From NCBI GenBank assembly GCA_951406725.2, contig OX597814.1, positions 119,102,001-119,166,000 of the forward strand: DNA of 64,000 bases, in the 5' to 3' direction. Source of the stretch: Octopus vulgaris (lineage: Eukaryota). Made by a program: the position numbers and the translations under genes. Every line of letters begins with the position of its first letter. Within the stretch, counting starts at the first letter, position 1. Shown piece by piece: positions 61,300-64,000 of the stretch. The notes under the pieces are model-generated. The model was not told the DNA's origin. It saw only the letters and a list, made by a program, of their open reading frames with translations, and did no database searches.

Positions 61300-61620
61300 A
61301 CTTTACTCCAGCAATGTTTAGACGTTTGACGGCATAGTGTAATTGACCTGACATGGGATTGTTTACTCAAAGTGCTGGGTCATATTGAAGCAGACATAAG
61401 TCTTGTCGACTGCAATAACATTGAAATTCTCTCAGTGAGAAATGATAAACGATCTCGTGCAATCTGGCGAATTATTTTCAGTGAACAAATATCTACACTA
61501 CAGCAGGAAGTATAAAGTTGCTTTTCAATCATTTTCACTTCAGATTTTAGCTTCCATAACATAAATCTACGCAAGAGAATACAAAGAAAGACAAGGATCA
61601 CTGAGGTAGGTGTGAAATAG
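61300..61620 (-). pseudogene. Possible decayed mariner transposase N-terminal (HTH) fragment
   Basis: IIRQIARDRLSF...ISMLL....LMSASI*P resembles the TxRQIA...IS...IL...KVSARWVP pattern. Confidence 0.3.
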
Positions 61621-62604
61621 CGTGGAAATCAGGCTGAAATCGTTATTCATTTCATGTTTATATCTATGCATGCGCACAGACACACATTCGTTCACGTAAA
61701 CATACGAACGCTCTATTGGTAGTTATGGAAGTATCTACAGCATCTCCGTAAAATCATGGTGGGATTTCAGAATTATTCATTGATGTAACTTGTAAAACTA
61801 TACATTTCGTATACATGTTGAATAAGAGACCAATTAATAAAATTTAAGATCAGATTGATGAGGCTTCAATTTGTTGCCGTGCACACGTATAATCAATACT
61901 CCAGTCGGATGAGTGAAGAAATCGCGAGATGCACGCGCAGCCAGTCACGTAAATTTTCAATGGAATGTACTTTATACGCAACTTATGTAGAATGAAAGGT
62001 ATTTTATTTGATAATAGCACACTAACTTGGCCATAGCCAAGATGCCATATCAAGTAAACCTGTATATATTAAGTACAGGAATAAAATCATTTCAATATGA
62101 GATATTATATTTACAACTTGCAGCATTCTCTTATTAATACGAGACACCACTCTCTTCTATTCTTGTCATACGGAATGAAACCAAGGACGAAGATGGTTTG
62201 TTCCTCAAGCCATGTGCCTCTGCCCATTTCTCTTTTCCTCTCCATTTTAGCGTCCATTTTATTCTAGTAGCCCTTACATTTTCAGTGGTCTAAGGACCTT
62301 GTAACGAGCGAATGCTTTAAAAAAATTTAATGCACTTCCATCCACTGAACAATAAAAAGCACATGCGCATGCATGCATACATACATACATAGATACACAT
62401 ACATACATACACATACATACATACATACACATACATACATACACACACACACATACACACACACATATATATCTATCTATATATATATATATATATTTAT
62501 ATATTTTAATATGGCCACGCTCTCAGCAGTGTGATTGATCCATCCTAGTCAAAATTCACCTGCTGGAATTTTTGTTTCCTGATGGTAATACGAAATTGAT
62601 TGTT

Positions 62605-62796
62605 TGTTTACTTATTTCAGGCATTAGATTATGTCATGTTGGGGCACTGCATTGAAGGATTTTAGCTGAATGAATCGACCCCAGGACTAGTATTTGTAAA
62701 GCCTGGTACTCATTCTATCGGATACTAAGCCGAACCGCTAAACTATGGGATGTAAACATGCCAACCTCACTTGTCGAGTGTAAACAAAAACAAAAT

Positions 62797-62828
<32 letters not shown>

Positions 62829-62995
62829 CATAGATGACGAGCTTCTTTCAGTTTCCGTCTACCTAATCTGCACACAAGGCTTTGTCGGCTCGAGGTTATT
62901 GTAGAAGACGTTTGCCCAATGTGCCAGGCTGTGAGACTGAACCCGGAAGTATGTGGTCGGAAAGCCAGCTTCTTACCACACAGTCACGTTTGCAC
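62605..62995 (-). mobile_element. SINE family 1, older full-length copy
   Basis: TCGACCCCAGGACT...GCCGAACCGCTAA...CTTCTTTCAGTTTCCGTCTACC...CTGAACCCGGAA. Confidence 0.85.
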
Positions 62996-63574
62996 TTATT
63001 GGGGGAATTTGCAGTTTAAATTAACAATCAAAATACAAAGTGAGAGGACACTTAGCAAATATCAATTACATTTTAAAATATAGCAATGATATCTTTCATT
63101 ATTACCGCACAAATAAATGACCAGCTGTTTACCATCTCATTTCTCGATCTCTCTATGTTAGAACTCCTAATATACGATGACCTCTTTAAACTTTTCTTCG
63201 TAAATATATTGTTTAGGAAACATAACTTCCTTCCTTAGCAATCATTAATCTATGTCTCTTATAACTTTTCATTGAAGATATTAGTTATTTTCGTGTGTGT
63301 GTGTGTGTGTGTGTGTGCGCGTGCTTCTGTGTGTGTTTGTGTGGGTGTGCGTGTTTTCTTTGTATTATCATTAACCTTCAGAATATGTCAATATTTATGT
63401 TGCCTCCAATGATGCTGTTTCTCTCTATACAGTCACGTACTTTGTAACAAGTAATAAATACATTATTTTTACCAATATTTTTAGAAATTACTATTACACG
63501 CACACACAGAGACATATATGTATTTCAAATATTTATGCATATATGTATTTTAAAATATTTATGTATGTATGTAT

Positions 63575-64000
63575 GTATCAACGAGAGCCAGGTGGAGTTC
63601 TGTAATGTCGACACAGAAGAACTGGGCCTCCTACTTAGACTGACATATAATAGTGAATACTTAGATAAACATAATCTTAGTAGTTTCTGCCCCAGTAGAT
63701 GTTTAAGAGGTAGACCGCCTACAATTACTTCTATGGCTAGGAAGACACATATAGAAAGATGGCGCGGATGGACCAGAGCCATACGGAGCCCCGCAAATGT
63801 CCATCAGGTAAAGAAAATGATCGCACATGCACTAGGAGCTAGTATAAGAGTTACCCTAAAAGGCCACACATTTAAATTTAATAATAAAATATATGCCCAG
63901 GACGAGGGGGCAGCCATCGGTGTTAGTATCGCTGGTGATGTGGCCAACCTCTTCATGGTATGGTGAGACAGAAGGCTTAAAGAATGCCTACTGCAGAAAT
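63575..64000 (+). pseudogene. Penelope-like reverse transcriptase fragment running off the window end
   Basis: HTFKFNNKIYAQDEGAAIGVSIAGDVANLFMVW*DRRL is a PLE RT motif B' region. There is one in-frame TGA, and the fragment starts abruptly after (TATG)n. Confidence 0.75.

Overview
This is a eukaryotic, AT-rich, repeat-saturated window. The SINE and microsatellite repertoire looks like an Octopus (coleoid cephalopod) genome, which is an inference from recognising the repeats. I could not support any host protein-coding exon. Almost every short ORF in the track is a microsatellite artefact. The real coding content is two young minus-strand CR1-group LINEs with intact APE-endonuclease + reverse-transcriptase ORF2s: a 5'-truncated copy at ~32.1-35.45 kb with an 8-bp TSD, and an apparently full-length copy at ~40.0-44.65 kb whose ORF1 has a Myb/SANT-like domain plus two CCCH zinc fingers. 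Around them are four tRNA-type SINE families, a decayed Tc1, mariner fragments, a non-autonomous Helitron, R4/Dong-type and Penelope-type relics, several long fold-back palindromes and hammerhead-ribozyme-like motifs. The most notable observations are: (1) both divergent LINEs carry a U_UUU_UUR slippery heptamer at the same homologous position where the -1 (ORF2) frame opens, and one ORF2 has no AUG before its endonuclease, suggesting retrovirus-like programmed -1 ribosomal frameshifting in a non-LTR element; (2) the dominant SINE shares a structured 3' tail with these LINEs; (3) a near-canonical type I hammerhead sits at ~39.1 kb.
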